NCBI GenBank assembly: GCA_963700285.1 | Contig: CAVOXA010000001.1 | Location: forward strand, 1,728,001-1,792,000 | Direction: 5' to 3' | Source: an uncultured Chloroflexia bacterium | GTDB taxonomy: Bacteria > Chloroflexota > Anaerolineae > JAAYZQ01 | Length of the DNA: 64,000 nucleotides | Shown: piece by piece, positions 39,309 to 48,427 of the stretch | Numbering within the stretch: the first letter of the stretch is position 1 | Layout of the letters: each line of letters begins with the position of its first letter | Notes under the pieces: generated by a model | What the model saw: the letters and a program-made list of their open reading frames with translations, nothing else | Told to the model about the DNA's origin: nothing | The model's database searches: none | Translations under genes and position numbers: made by a program

Positions 39309-41252
39309 TCACTCCCAGGAGACGTCGAGCTCTTGGTCCTCGTCCAACAGGCCCTGCCATACTGCCGTCCCGCCCAGCCAGCTCCAACCGGCCGGCGAGA
39401 AAGCAGCCGGCTGCTCGCCGCCGGGCAGAACCACACCGACGCGCAGAGGCAGGGCCTCGGTTCCGGGCTGCTTTTGCACGAGGAGGCTATAGCTCGAGCC
39501 TGTGGTGGCCAAGCTGGGCCGGTAGGTGACCTGGATCTGGCGGGCCTGCCCTGTCTCCAGCAGGAAAGACATGGCGATCACGGTTCGCCCTGATTCTTCA
39601 TAGACTTCGACCGCTCCATCGGCGCCAAGGACCTCGTCTACCTCGCTGCCTGCTGGGACGTAGACCCGTACATAGTCCCAATAGCATCGTTCCAAGAGGT
39701 CGTGGTAACTATCCCCATAACGAGACTCGTGGACACAAGCAGGCATGGGCTTTTCAACGAGATGCCGGTAGCCCAGATTCAGCGTGGCCATGGCCTCGCC
39801 CGCGCCGTCGATCTTGACCTGGTAGTCAATGGTCTGCTCGATGCTGGGGTTCACCTTGTTAAAGCCGACGTTGCTATCCACGACCATCAAATAATCGTCG
39901 CTGTAGGGTCTCAGGGCGCCATCCCACGCCATGCTACCCAGGATGGATCGGGCTGCTGGCTCCTGGGCGTAGATCAGTAGATGACGTTCGTCAATGGCCT
40001 TGCCGACGCTCCGTGACAGGGTGGCCAGATCTTTGAGCGTGGCCTGCTGCATCAGGTGTGGGAGCAGCGCTGACAACAGATCTGCCGCAAAATCCTTGCG
40101 GTGAAGCCACCAGTCAGCGCCTTCCTTGCCAGGTGCAGAAGCCCGAGGCGCCTGCCAGTAGGACATCATCATCTCCTGGAGGTTATCGCTGCTCACTGGC
40201 TCTTCATAGCCGGGCACTTGGATCGGGCCCGTGGCCTGGAGCAGAAGGCTTAGCGTTGTCAGATCTACGGCGATGACGCCGTCCACGCTTTCCCCTTGGT
40301 CCTGGTGGTAGAGGTCTGCGATTGCCTGGGCCGATGTGGGAAAATCGGGCCACCAATTCGCGTCGCGCAGCAGCAGCATCCCAGCTCCCATCAGGCGGCG
40401 CAGCGGTGCCGGAGGCGGTGGGTGGGGCTGGGTCAGATCGTCCACCGTGTAGCTATCCTGGAAGCTCAGGCCAGAAATCAGGCCTGCCTCGAGCTGCAAT
40501 CGGCCGACGCCGCTGATGAAACCCCCAGTGGCCCGTAGCTCCTGGTTATTCTGGGCCACCAGCAGATAGGAGCGCCTGCCATCAGCTCCTAGCAAATGGG
40601 GAAGTATGCGGAGTGCCGCCAATGCATCCTCCAGGGGCGGCAAGTAGCGGTCCAAACGGCTCAACATTGCCGCGGTCCTCGGGGACATCTTCTCTGGCTC
40701 CACCTTCTCGCGCGACTCTGCGGCACGCGTCAGGCTGATCTGAGCGGATTCGACTTGAGGCTGGGCATCAGCCAAGATGCGCACAACCTCCGGTGCCAGT
40801 TTGTTGATACCGGCTTCAGATTGATTCACCTGGTCCACCAACGGTGCGAACCCTTCGCTCAAGGCTTGGCCGGCATCGACGGTGTAGCGGGCGATGGCCA
40901 GCAAGTGGCGGGCTGCCTTCATATCGCCACCGATGACCGGAAGCCAACCGAGGTGTTCGCTCAAGGGCAGGAAGGGCCGGGCCAGGTCCTCCATGGCGGC
41001 CAGGTCCGCGTCAAGGGTGTCCAGTGCACCCCGGAGTATGGTCAACTGGCCGGGTTCCCGTAGGATCCCGATGGCGCCGTTACCTCCGCCTGCCAGCGTG
41101 GCCTCCAGTTGACCCAAGGCGAGTTGGGCCGAGCTGTAGTGGTGGCGGAAGCGTCGGAAGCTGGATGCGCCCAGTGCGAGGGCCGCTACAACAGCCATCA
41201 CCAGCGCCAAGATCAGCACTCGTGTGAGAACGCTCTTGTGGTTGCGCGTCAC
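39309..41252 (-). CDS. DUF4012 domain-containing membrane protein
   Basis: N-terminal TM; YLLVAQNNQELRATGGF, RDANWWPDFPTSA, DGVIAVD, N.GFNK, KQPG motifs. Confidence 0.85.
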   Translation of the reverse strand: MTRNHKSVLTRVLILALVMAVVAALALGASSFRRFRHHYSSAQLALGQLEATLAGGGNGAIGILREPGQLTILRGALDTLDADLAAMEDLARPFLPLSEHLGWLPVIGGDMKAARHLLAIARYTVDAGQALSEGFAPLVDQVNQSEAGINKLAPEVVRILADAQPQVESAQISLTRAAESREKVEPEKMSPRTAAMLSRLDRYLPPLEDALAALRILPHLLGADGRRSYLLVAQNNQELRATGGFISGVGRLQLEAGLISGLSFQDSYTVDDLTQPHPPPPAPLRRLMGAGMLLLRDANWWPDFPTSAQAIADLYHQDQGESVDGVIAVDLTTLSLLLQATGPIQVPGYEEPVSSDNLQEMMMSYWQAPRASAPGKEGADWWLHRKDFAADLLSALLPHLMQQATLKDLATLSRSVGKAIDERHLLIYAQEPAARSILGSMAWDGALRPYSDDYLMVVDSNVGFNKVNPSIEQTIDYQVKIDGAGEAMATLNLGYRHLVEKPMPACVHESRYGDSYHDLLERCYWDYVRVYVPAGSEVDEVLGADGAVEVYEESGRTVIAMSFLLETGQARQIQVTYRPSLATTGSSYSLLVQKQPGTEALPLRVGVVLPGGEQPAAFSPAGWSWLGGTAVWQGLLDEDQELDVSWE

Positions 41253-41470
41253 CCTCGATGCTCCTGCCGGGTTCTGTTCCGGACCCGCGAATCTACGCAG
41301 TCAGCAGTTCGTTGGCAGCCCCGGGGGCTGGTTTCCTGGTGGCTGGGAGCAACAGATGGGGCCAATTCTCCTTCGGCCGGCAAGCGAGTGCGCGTCAGGC
41401 GCACGCCGGACTTGCAGGGGAGCGTACGGTCTTGGGCTGCTGGAGGCCGGCGCCGCTGGGGACAGGATAG

Positions 41471-42079
41471 CTATGGCGCCCTCCGATCTCGACCGGTAGC
41501 CGGGAGTTCAGCCGGGGGTAGGCCAGCCGCGCCAACCGCAGAACTTGCCTGGCCGCCATCAAACTCGACTGTAGCCTGGTTCAAGATGATCTGCCCGTTT
41601 CGCGCGCCCGGATCCACGCGTGCCGCGATGACGACCAGCGCTATCTGGCCCGCTTCCATGGTACCAACATCGACCAGTACAACCTGACCCTGAACCCGCG
41701 CTGCACCTTGCGATGCCCTGACCTCCAGTGGCTGAAGACCAGGATCGAGGCGATCGAGGAGAAGGATGCTCGTAACGGGTTCGGCCAGAGTGTTGGTGAC
41801 AACCAACCGGATGTTCATCGTCTGTCCTGGTGTGACATCCTGCGGCGCTATCTCCTGTTCAACGATCAAGTCGGCACCTGCCGTTGCCCCTTCGCCCACC
41901 TGTGGAGAGGTACCTTCTCCCGTTGGCGCGGGGATGGTGCGAGGCGTCGGCGTGGGGATCGTCTGAAACAGGCGGTTGGTTGCCTGTACCTGGGATCCCA
42001 GGGCCAGTACCATGACAAGCACGGTTCCTATCAACCCAATGGCTATGGCTCGGTACTCTTTCGAGGTCAGTTTTCGCAT
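41471..42079 (-). CDS. Secreted DUF11-domain protein with terminal LPATG motif (putative sortase substrate)
   Basis: Signal peptide ending VQA; DL...V.PGQ...VTN...LD.LD (DUF11-like); ends ELPATGRDRRAP. Confidence 0.75.
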   Translation of the reverse strand: MRKLTSKEYRAIAIGLIGTVLVMVLALGSQVQATNRLFQTIPTPTPRTIPAPTGEGTSPQVGEGATAGADLIVEQEIAPQDVTPGQTMNIRLVVTNTLAEPVTSILLLDRLDPGLQPLEVRASQGAARVQGQVVLVDVGTMEAGQIALVVIAARVDPGARNGQIILNQATVEFDGGQASSAVGAAGLPPAELPATGRDRRAP

Positions 42080-42139
42080 ACTACTCGCCCAATCTCTCAT
42101 CAATTGCGTATTCTGACAGGGCGCAGGGGCCAACTACGC

Positions 42140-43204
42140 TCAGGGTCTGGGTTTGAACATGCTTATCACGCCCCAGACCAGGCCCAGTCCTAGTGACAGC
42201 GTTCGCACCAAGATCAACGCTGGAGCGACGAGTGCAACCTGCCAGCCCTGCTGACTGGCTTTGACGATGAGCGGCAATGAACTGGCAAGTCCCAGGAATG
42301 CAGCGAATATGGCCACGGACCAGGGTAGGCCCCCCCAGACGGCGGCGACAACCGCCCCAAGTGTCAGAGGTAGGAGCACAATCTGGGCTTTCTGTGTCCA
42401 CGGTGTGTAAGAGTCGCGAATCGCCCTTGCCGGGTGCCGGATGTGAACGCGGATCTTCCATCGACCCAACCCTATCTTTCGCCGGGCATAGGCCCAGACC
42501 GTGGTCGGATGCTGATGATAGACGACGGCCTTGGGTGCAAACACCAGCCGATGCCCTGCCTGTGCCAGGCGATAGGAGAATTCTTGATCTTCATCCAGAA
42601 GATAATCGGGATCGAATCCTCCGGATTCCAGGAACAACTCGCGGCGGTAGGCAGCCGCGTGCGTATCGACAAAGTCTATCTGATCTGCCTGTGCCAGGCG
42701 GTCGTATTTTTCTTCGTACTCGGCCTGGGTGAAACGTGCCACCAGTGAGCGTTGCCGTGTTCGGTACACGCCTTTGGCCCCAGCAACGGCGTCATCGGAA
42801 AAGGGCTGCAGCATCCGCTCGATCCAGTCGGAGCTGGGTTCACAGTCGGCATCGGTAAAGAGCAGAACGTGGCCTTGAGCGTTCTGCGCACCACGGTTCC
42901 GCGCCGCTGCCGCCCCCGTGTGATCTTGACGGATGACGGTCACGCCCTTCAGGCTGGCAATCTGGGCGGATCCATCGGTAGATCCATCGTCGACGACGAT
43001 CACTTTGTAGCTACTGGCCTCAGTTTCTTGTCCGGACAGTGCCAGCAAGCAGTTCTCGAGGACGGCCGCGCCGTTGAAAACTGGAACGATGACGGATGCT
43101 TTCCGCGCTTCACGGTCGGACCTGCTGCCAGGTTCGTTGATCTCCTGTTGCCTCCTCCTTGGCTTTGGATCGGACTTATTCTGCTGGCTGCAATTCTGCG
43201 ACAA
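42140..43204 (-). CDS. Glycosyltransferase family 2 with C-terminal TM helices
   Basis: SVIVPVFN, VVDDGSTD, AARNRG, FTDADC, ED.E motifs; start uncertain. Confidence 0.9.
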   Translation of the reverse strand: MSQNCSQQNKSDPKPRRRQQEINEPGSRSDREARKASVIVPVFNGAAVLENCLLALSGQETEASSYKVIVVDDGSTDGSAQIASLKGVTVIRQDHTGAAAARNRGAQNAQGHVLLFTDADCEPSSDWIERMLQPFSDDAVAGAKGVYRTRQRSLVARFTQAEYEEKYDRLAQADQIDFVDTHAAAYRRELFLESGGFDPDYLLDEDQEFSYRLAQAGHRLVFAPKAVVYHQHPTTVWAYARRKIGLGRWKIRVHIRHPARAIRDSYTPWTQKAQIVLLPLTLGAVVAAVWGGLPWSVAIFAAFLGLASSLPLIVKASQQGWQVALVAPALILVRTLSLGLGLVWGVISMFKPRP

Positions 43205-44010
43205 CGACGACGCGGTGCGAGTTGCTTTCGTAGGGCCAACAGGTGATGAGCGTCAGGATCGGATCCGTAGTGGGATCCATATAGTGCGCATAGTTGCGGC
43301 GTTCCGTGTCTGGAATGCCTTCTACCTGGAATCGATCCCACGAGACCACCCTGTAGGTGTGTTGGCCTCCATCCGCAGCCACGAGGATGAGGTCCGTCCC
43401 CTCGCTGAGGAGGCTACCAGGCAGGCCGATCTCACTCACTTGGCGGAATACCTCAGCCCCCGTGTTGTGGTGCCCAGAGAGAACGACGTTGCCTCCTTCG
43501 CCCGGGTTGGCGCTGTTGCGGTGATGGCCGGCAGCATCGTCGACGGTTTGCCATTTGCTGTGCCAGGTACCGTCCTCGAGTGCTGCCTCCCAACTCACCT
43601 CCACAACAGGTACATCGAGCCCTAGATCAGGTATGCGTAGCTGGGTGGGACGCGAGCCGGAACCCAAGGCCGCCAGGTTGACCTGGCTCGATGGTGCTAT
43701 AGCCCCCGGCGATGGAATGGGAGTGGCAGGAATTGGTACTGGTTCATCTGTGCTCGCCAAGGTTTCTTCCGGTTCGGCAGTCCACAGGGCCTGGGGGGCG
43801 GCGCTGGGCGTGGGCGGCAGGGTGAGAATGGGCGGTGAAGTCGGCCATGCGGTCAAGGTTAGGGCCATCTCAGGCTGCAACGTCAATCGTTCAGCGATGA
43901 CCGTCCGCTCTGGAGGCTGAACCGGCTGGTCGGTGCAGGCTGCCAGCAGCACCGATGCTAGCATGCACAAAGCCAGCAACCAGCGGTTTCGAAGACCTAG
44001 TCTTAATCAT
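43176..44010 (-). CDS. Sortase (lipoprotein-anchored); probable frameshift just after the start
   Basis: PGEGGNVVLSGHH, LTLITCWPY, R.VV.A; lipobox LAA-C; ATG 44010 joins the frame of ORF 43176..43979 if one base is removed. Confidence 0.88.
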
Positions 44011-44116
44011 GGCATTTCTTTCTTGTTGCTCGCATCTGACAGCCAGGGTTGCTGGCAAATCACAGGCGGGTTGTCTGCACCACCAAGCCTGGAGACACCA
44101 GCTCCGTGTCGAGCGT

Positions 44117-44145
44117 ATTATAGCATGACCACCAGGCTTTGACAA
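44117..44145 (-). promoter_or_regulatory. sigma70-type promoter for the sortase-GT2-LPATG-DUF4012 operon
   Basis: Minus strand TTGTCA-17 bp-TATAAT with TG extension. Confidence 0.75.
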
Positions 44146-44209
44146 ATCGCCTTCTCTCGCCGCAACCGGCAGCTTCTGCCATACCCCCACACAGGCACTG
44201 GGATCAGAC

Positions 44210-44238
44210 TTGCTCTCGGTGCCTGAACATGGTATAAT
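44210..44238 (+). promoter_or_regulatory. Divergent sigma70-type promoter for the glycoside hydrolase pair
   Basis: TTGCTC-17 bp-TATAAT with TG extension. Confidence 0.7.
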
Positions 44239-44279
44239 CGCAGCACTCTGGTCGAAAGCAGGCTCCTCTATCGACCATC

Positions 44280-46793
44280 ATGAAAGGGGTGGCGATGTCG
44301 AGGCAAAACGGGAGTAAAGATGGAGCAGCGCCAATACTGATCCATTGCCTGCTCAAGGGCGCGGGCCGGCTGGCAGGGGTCCTCACGGTCATTGTCGTAG
44401 CAGTTCTTTCAACTGCTGCAGTTACCTGGGCCGACGAGCCGGTTTGTCGCCCACCCCTGGTCGATCGCCAGCGCTTTGGGTACACAACCCATGCCTACGG
44501 GTGGCCCGGTATCTTCGACATTGACCAGATGCGAGCGGGGTGGTATGTGGATCACTCCTATACAGCTACCCATCCTGATGGTATGGATCATACCGTTCTG
44601 GTCAAGGTTCGAAACCCGGTGACCGGCAAACTCATCGATCCTAGCCAGTTCGGCCCAACGGTGGACAGCAATCCTGGGGCCACCTGGCTCATCGGCAACG
44701 AGCCCGACTGTATTTGGCAGGATGATGTCATGCCAGAGGAGTATGCTCGTGTCTATCATGGGTTGTACACGATGATCAAGAGCCGGGATCAAACGGGCCG
44801 GGTTGCGGCCGGCGGCATCGTCCAGCCGACACCGCTGCGACTTGAGTATCTCGATAAGGTCTTGACTTCCTACCGGGCGCAATACGGTCAGGACATGCCT
44901 GTTGACCTTTGGCACATCCACAATGCGATCCTGAACGAAGAGCGTGGAGGCTGGGGCGCAGAGATTCCCCCAGGGAGCAGCGCGGCAAAGGGCGAGGTCC
45001 GCGCTGTTGACGACAATGACAACATGACCATGTTCAAGGGTCAGATTTGGGCTTTTCGGCAGTGGATGGCTGATCGTGGCTATCGCAACTACCCGCTCAT
45101 CGTGACCGAGTATGGCGTTCTAATGCCCGATGACTATGGCTTCACCACAGCGCGGGTCAATGCTTTCATGTCGGAGACTTTTGCGTTTTTCCAGAATACC
45201 AAGGACGTGTCCCTGGGCGATCCTATGGACGGCAACCGGTTGGTGCAGCGCTGGGCTTGGTTCAGTTTGGACGTTCACTCCTGGGACGGCCGCGAGGGAT
45301 TCAATGGCAACTTGTTTGACCCCGACACGGCAGCACTCACGCCCCACGGGCAGAACTATGCTAGTCATACGGGCTCAAATCCACCACTCGAGTACATAGA
45401 TTTGGGCCTGGCCGCTTTCAAGGTCCTGTCGGCGGAGCAGGCCAACCCTGCGGAGGATGTATCGAGAGACGTTCAAGTCAGGGTTGTCAACATTGGGACC
45501 GTCGACGCAGGGGGCTTTGATGTCGAGCTTGACTATGGAGGTCCAACCGCTGGCACGCTGAACAAGCATGTGACTGGCTTGGGTGCTGGTGCTGCGCGTT
45601 GGGTTAGCTTTAGGCTGGACAATCTGGCGCCAGGTGCATACAGGGTGGCCATAGAGGTCGATCCCGCGAATGAGGTGGGCGAGAACGCAGAGTGCAACAA
45701 TGCACGCGAGATGAAGCTCGTCGTTCCAACGGACAGTCTGTATCTGCCCGTGACTGCGATGCGGGGCGGGCGTGTGACTGCCCGTGCCGTCCCGTCCGTG
45801 CGCGATGCTATTCCTGTCGCGGCCAAGGATTCCCCGTCGCGCGAAGAGGAGCCCGGTTTCCAGGAATTCCCGATGCCGACGGGCAACAGCTACCCCGCGC
45901 AGATCGCCCTGGATCTGACCAATCAGGTGGCATGGATCAGCGAACGGGATGGGAACAAGATCGCGCAGTTTGATCTGCAGACTCGAACCTGGGGCCAGGA
46001 GTACACGATTCCGACAGCAGGCAGCCAGCCATGGGGCCTGGCCGTGGATGGGCAAGGGAATGTGTGGTTTGCCGAGACCACGGGCAACAAGATCGGCAAG
46101 CTGGATCGGGCCACGGGCAAAATCATCGAGTATGACGTTCCCACACCAAACAGCCAACCCTGGGCGGTCGCCATCGGCGATGATGGGAGCGTCTGGTTCA
46201 CGGAGCGTTCAGGGAACAAGATCGGCAGGCTGGTACCGGATACGGGTCAGTTCAGTGAGTATGACCTTCTGACTCCAGGCTCCCAGCCGGTTGGTATCGA
46301 TACGCAGGGCATCTATGTCTGGTTTACCATGACCGCGGTGAACAAGCTTGGGCGGCTGAGGGCCAGCGATGGCCGGATCATCGAGTTCACGCCTCCCACG
46401 CCGAACAGCGCGCCCCAAGAAGTGGTACTCAACCCTCGCGGCAAGCCTTGGTTCTCACTGAAGCAAGGGAACAAACTTCTCTTCATCGACATCGAAACGC
46501 ACGGTCTCTATACCGAGTTTCCGGTCCCAACCTCCGGCAGCGAGCCATTTGGGCTGGCGATTGATGGTGATGTTGCCATATGGTTCACCGAGCGGGCTGG
46601 CAACAAACTGGGCAGTTTTACAGGTAGTGGCTGGATGCGCGATTACCCACTGCCCACTGCCAACAGCTCACCCACCGACGTCGCTGTAGACAGTGTGGGC
46701 TGTGCCTGGTACAGCGCCCCTGGCTCCAACCGGATCGGGCAGTTCTGCGCGCCCCCGGTTGAGCTGCTGTTTCTCCCCCTGGTCCAGAGGTAG
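44280..46793 (+). CDS. Secreted clan-A-like glycoside hydrolase + CARDB + Vgb-like beta-propeller
   Basis: IGNEPD and IVTEYG catalytic Glu motifs; CARDB-like VDPANEVGE; repeated E(Y/F).(V/I)PT..S.P..I...G.VWFTE..GNKIG blades; ends LLFLPLVQR. Confidence 0.8.
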   Translation: MKGVAMSRQNGSKDGAAPILIHCLLKGAGRLAGVLTVIVVAVLSTAAVTWADEPVCRPPLVDRQRFGYTTHAYGWPGIFDIDQMRAGWYVDHSYTATHPDGMDHTVLVKVRNPVTGKLIDPSQFGPTVDSNPGATWLIGNEPDCIWQDDVMPEEYARVYHGLYTMIKSRDQTGRVAAGGIVQPTPLRLEYLDKVLTSYRAQYGQDMPVDLWHIHNAILNEERGGWGAEIPPGSSAAKGEVRAVDDNDNMTMFKGQIWAFRQWMADRGYRNYPLIVTEYGVLMPDDYGFTTARVNAFMSETFAFFQNTKDVSLGDPMDGNRLVQRWAWFSLDVHSWDGREGFNGNLFDPDTAALTPHGQNYASHTGSNPPLEYIDLGLAAFKVLSAEQANPAEDVSRDVQVRVVNIGTVDAGGFDVELDYGGPTAGTLNKHVTGLGAGAARWVSFRLDNLAPGAYRVAIEVDPANEVGENAECNNAREMKLVVPTDSLYLPVTAMRGGRVTARAVPSVRDAIPVAAKDSPSREEEPGFQEFPMPTGNSYPAQIALDLTNQVAWISERDGNKIAQFDLQTRTWGQEYTIPTAGSQPWGLAVDGQGNVWFAETTGNKIGKLDRATGKIIEYDVPTPNSQPWAVAIGDDGSVWFTERSGNKIGRLVPDTGQFSEYDLLTPGSQPVGIDTQGIYVWFTMTAVNKLGRLRASDGRIIEFTPPTPNSAPQEVVLNPRGKPWFSLKQGNKLLFIDIETHGLYTEFPVPTSGSEPFGLAIDGDVAIWFTERAGNKLGSFTGSGWMRDYPLPTANSSPTDVAVDSVGCAWYSAPGSNRIGQFCAPPVELLFLPLVQR

Positions 46794-46833
46794 CAATTAC
46801 CATGGACCTATGGGTGATCGAAAGAGTTGGGCG

Positions 46834-48330
46834 ATGAAGCGCCCATCCTTGTCATTGAGAGTCGTCCCTCTTCCAGCGATCGTGTCACTTTCCGTTCTTT
46901 TTGCACTGGTGTTTGCGGTCGTGCTATTGGGAGAGCCAGGGGGGCCGGCCATGGCCAGAGGGGGCGCTGCAGAAGGCATGGCGGCACCCCCCCCGGTTCC
47001 TATCACTCAGGCTGGTCGTACTGATGTTGCCGGGCGAAGCGCTGTGGGCGCGGTTGCTTCCCATGCGGCCCTGCTCCCCTTGGTTTCAAAGGATTCAGGC
47101 GCGACGCCTCCACCTTTTGGCGTACAACTCTTTGCCCTCGATGCCTCCATCGTGGCAAAGGCGGATCAACTCGGGGCCGGTTGGATACGGATACCGTTTT
47201 ACTGGGATCAGGTCGAACCGGTGAACACCGTTCCCGAGAACTATCAGTGGCCCGCTGCCTTTGAAACGCGGCTTGCCGACTTGGCCAGCAGGAATATCCG
47301 GGTGATCCTCACTTTGGGCGGCAATCCGCGGTGGGCGGCCACTCATGCTTCTGGACCCATCGACAATGCTGACATGAGCGAGATGGTCCAGTTCCTCGAA
47401 GCTGCGGTAGCTCGCTATGGCAAGGAGCCCTTTAACGTCAAGCATTGGGAGTTTTACAACGAACCGGACAATGGCGATCCGCTCTATGGTGAGCGCGGAT
47501 TCGGATTCTTTGGGACACAACCCAAGGCTTATGTAGATCTTCTGAGCGCGGTGTATGGGCCGATGAAGGCCGTCGATCCCATGGTTCAGATCGTTTTTGG
47601 CGGCATCGCTTACGACAACTGGACTCCTGAAGGGCCCTTCATCCAAGACTTTTTGGATCGGGTTCTGGAAGAAGGTGGCGGCGCATATTTCGACCTGATG
47701 AATTTCCATTACTATCCGGCTTTTAGCGCAGTGTGGGCTCCCTATGGCAGGGATATCCTCGGCAAGGTGAACTTTTTGCGGAGAAAGCTGGCGGCCTACG
47801 GTGTGGACAAGCCCTTTGTGTGTACCGAGGCAGGTTACTGGAGCGATCCCGCGCATGGCGGCAGCCACGAGAGCCAAAGCCGCTATGTGGTGCAGCTGCT
47901 GACCAGGAGTAAGGCTGCGGATCTGCGAGCCCTGACGTGGTTCTGGTTCATCGACGAGATCTATCTGGGCAGCCGAAAGTACGGCTTGCTCAATCCTGAC
48001 CTCAGTCCCAAGCCTGCCTACTTTGCCTTTCAAACATTCTCAAGAAAGATGTCCTCAGCGGACTATGTGCGAGCCCTTGCGCCAGGCAAGGAAGGCTCGG
48101 ATCAGATCGAGGGCTACGAATTCGATATCCGGTTTAGCCCTGACCACACTGTGGTTGCCTGGACCAATGATGATGCCTTCCACACTCTGATGCTTCAGAC
48201 CGGCCAGGTGACCCTTACGGACAAGTTCGGCAGCGTACATACGGTCTTGGACGGGGATGATGGTTCGGTGGACGGTCGTGTGCTCGTGAGCATTGGCCCC
48301 AGCCCCGTCTATGTGACCTTTGAACCGTAG
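46834..48330 (+). CDS. Secreted GH39/GH5-like polysaccharide hydrolase
   Basis: G.GWIR..F.W..VEP, WEFYNEPD, NFHYY, VCTEAG, YGLL...PKPAY motifs; N-terminal hydrophobic signal. Confidence 0.82.
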   Translation: MKRPSLSLRVVPLPAIVSLSVLFALVFAVVLLGEPGGPAMARGGAAEGMAAPPPVPITQAGRTDVAGRSAVGAVASHAALLPLVSKDSGATPPPFGVQLFALDASIVAKADQLGAGWIRIPFYWDQVEPVNTVPENYQWPAAFETRLADLASRNIRVILTLGGNPRWAATHASGPIDNADMSEMVQFLEAAVARYGKEPFNVKHWEFYNEPDNGDPLYGERGFGFFGTQPKAYVDLLSAVYGPMKAVDPMVQIVFGGIAYDNWTPEGPFIQDFLDRVLEEGGGAYFDLMNFHYYPAFSAVWAPYGRDILGKVNFLRRKLAAYGVDKPFVCTEAGYWSDPAHGGSHESQSRYVVQLLTRSKAADLRALTWFWFIDEIYLGSRKYGLLNPDLSPKPAYFAFQTFSRKMSSADYVRALAPGKEGSDQIEGYEFDIRFSPDHTVVAWTNDDAFHTLMLQTGQVTLTDKFGSVHTVLDGDDGSVDGRVLVSIGPSPVYVTFEP

Positions 48331-48355
48331 CGGATCCGGGCCTGGGTGCGGGGTT

Positions 48356-48397
48356 CCAAGCAAAAGAACCGGCCACGTGGCCGGTTCTTTTGCTTGG
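48356..48397. terminator. Bidirectional intrinsic terminator (perfect 42-bp palindrome)
   Basis: CCAAGCAAAAGAACCGGCCAC|GTGGCCGGTTCTTTTGCTTGG between convergent genes; A- and T-tracts flank a GC stem. Confidence 0.85.
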
Positions 48398-48427
48398 TGA
48401 TGCTTGTTGGCTGCCAGGCCAGCGTAT

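Noticed and set aside
45850-46760. Virginiamycin B lyase (antibiotic resistance) call
   Set aside because: It is a Vgb-like propeller fused to a secreted hydrolase; the fold is generic and resistance is not supported.
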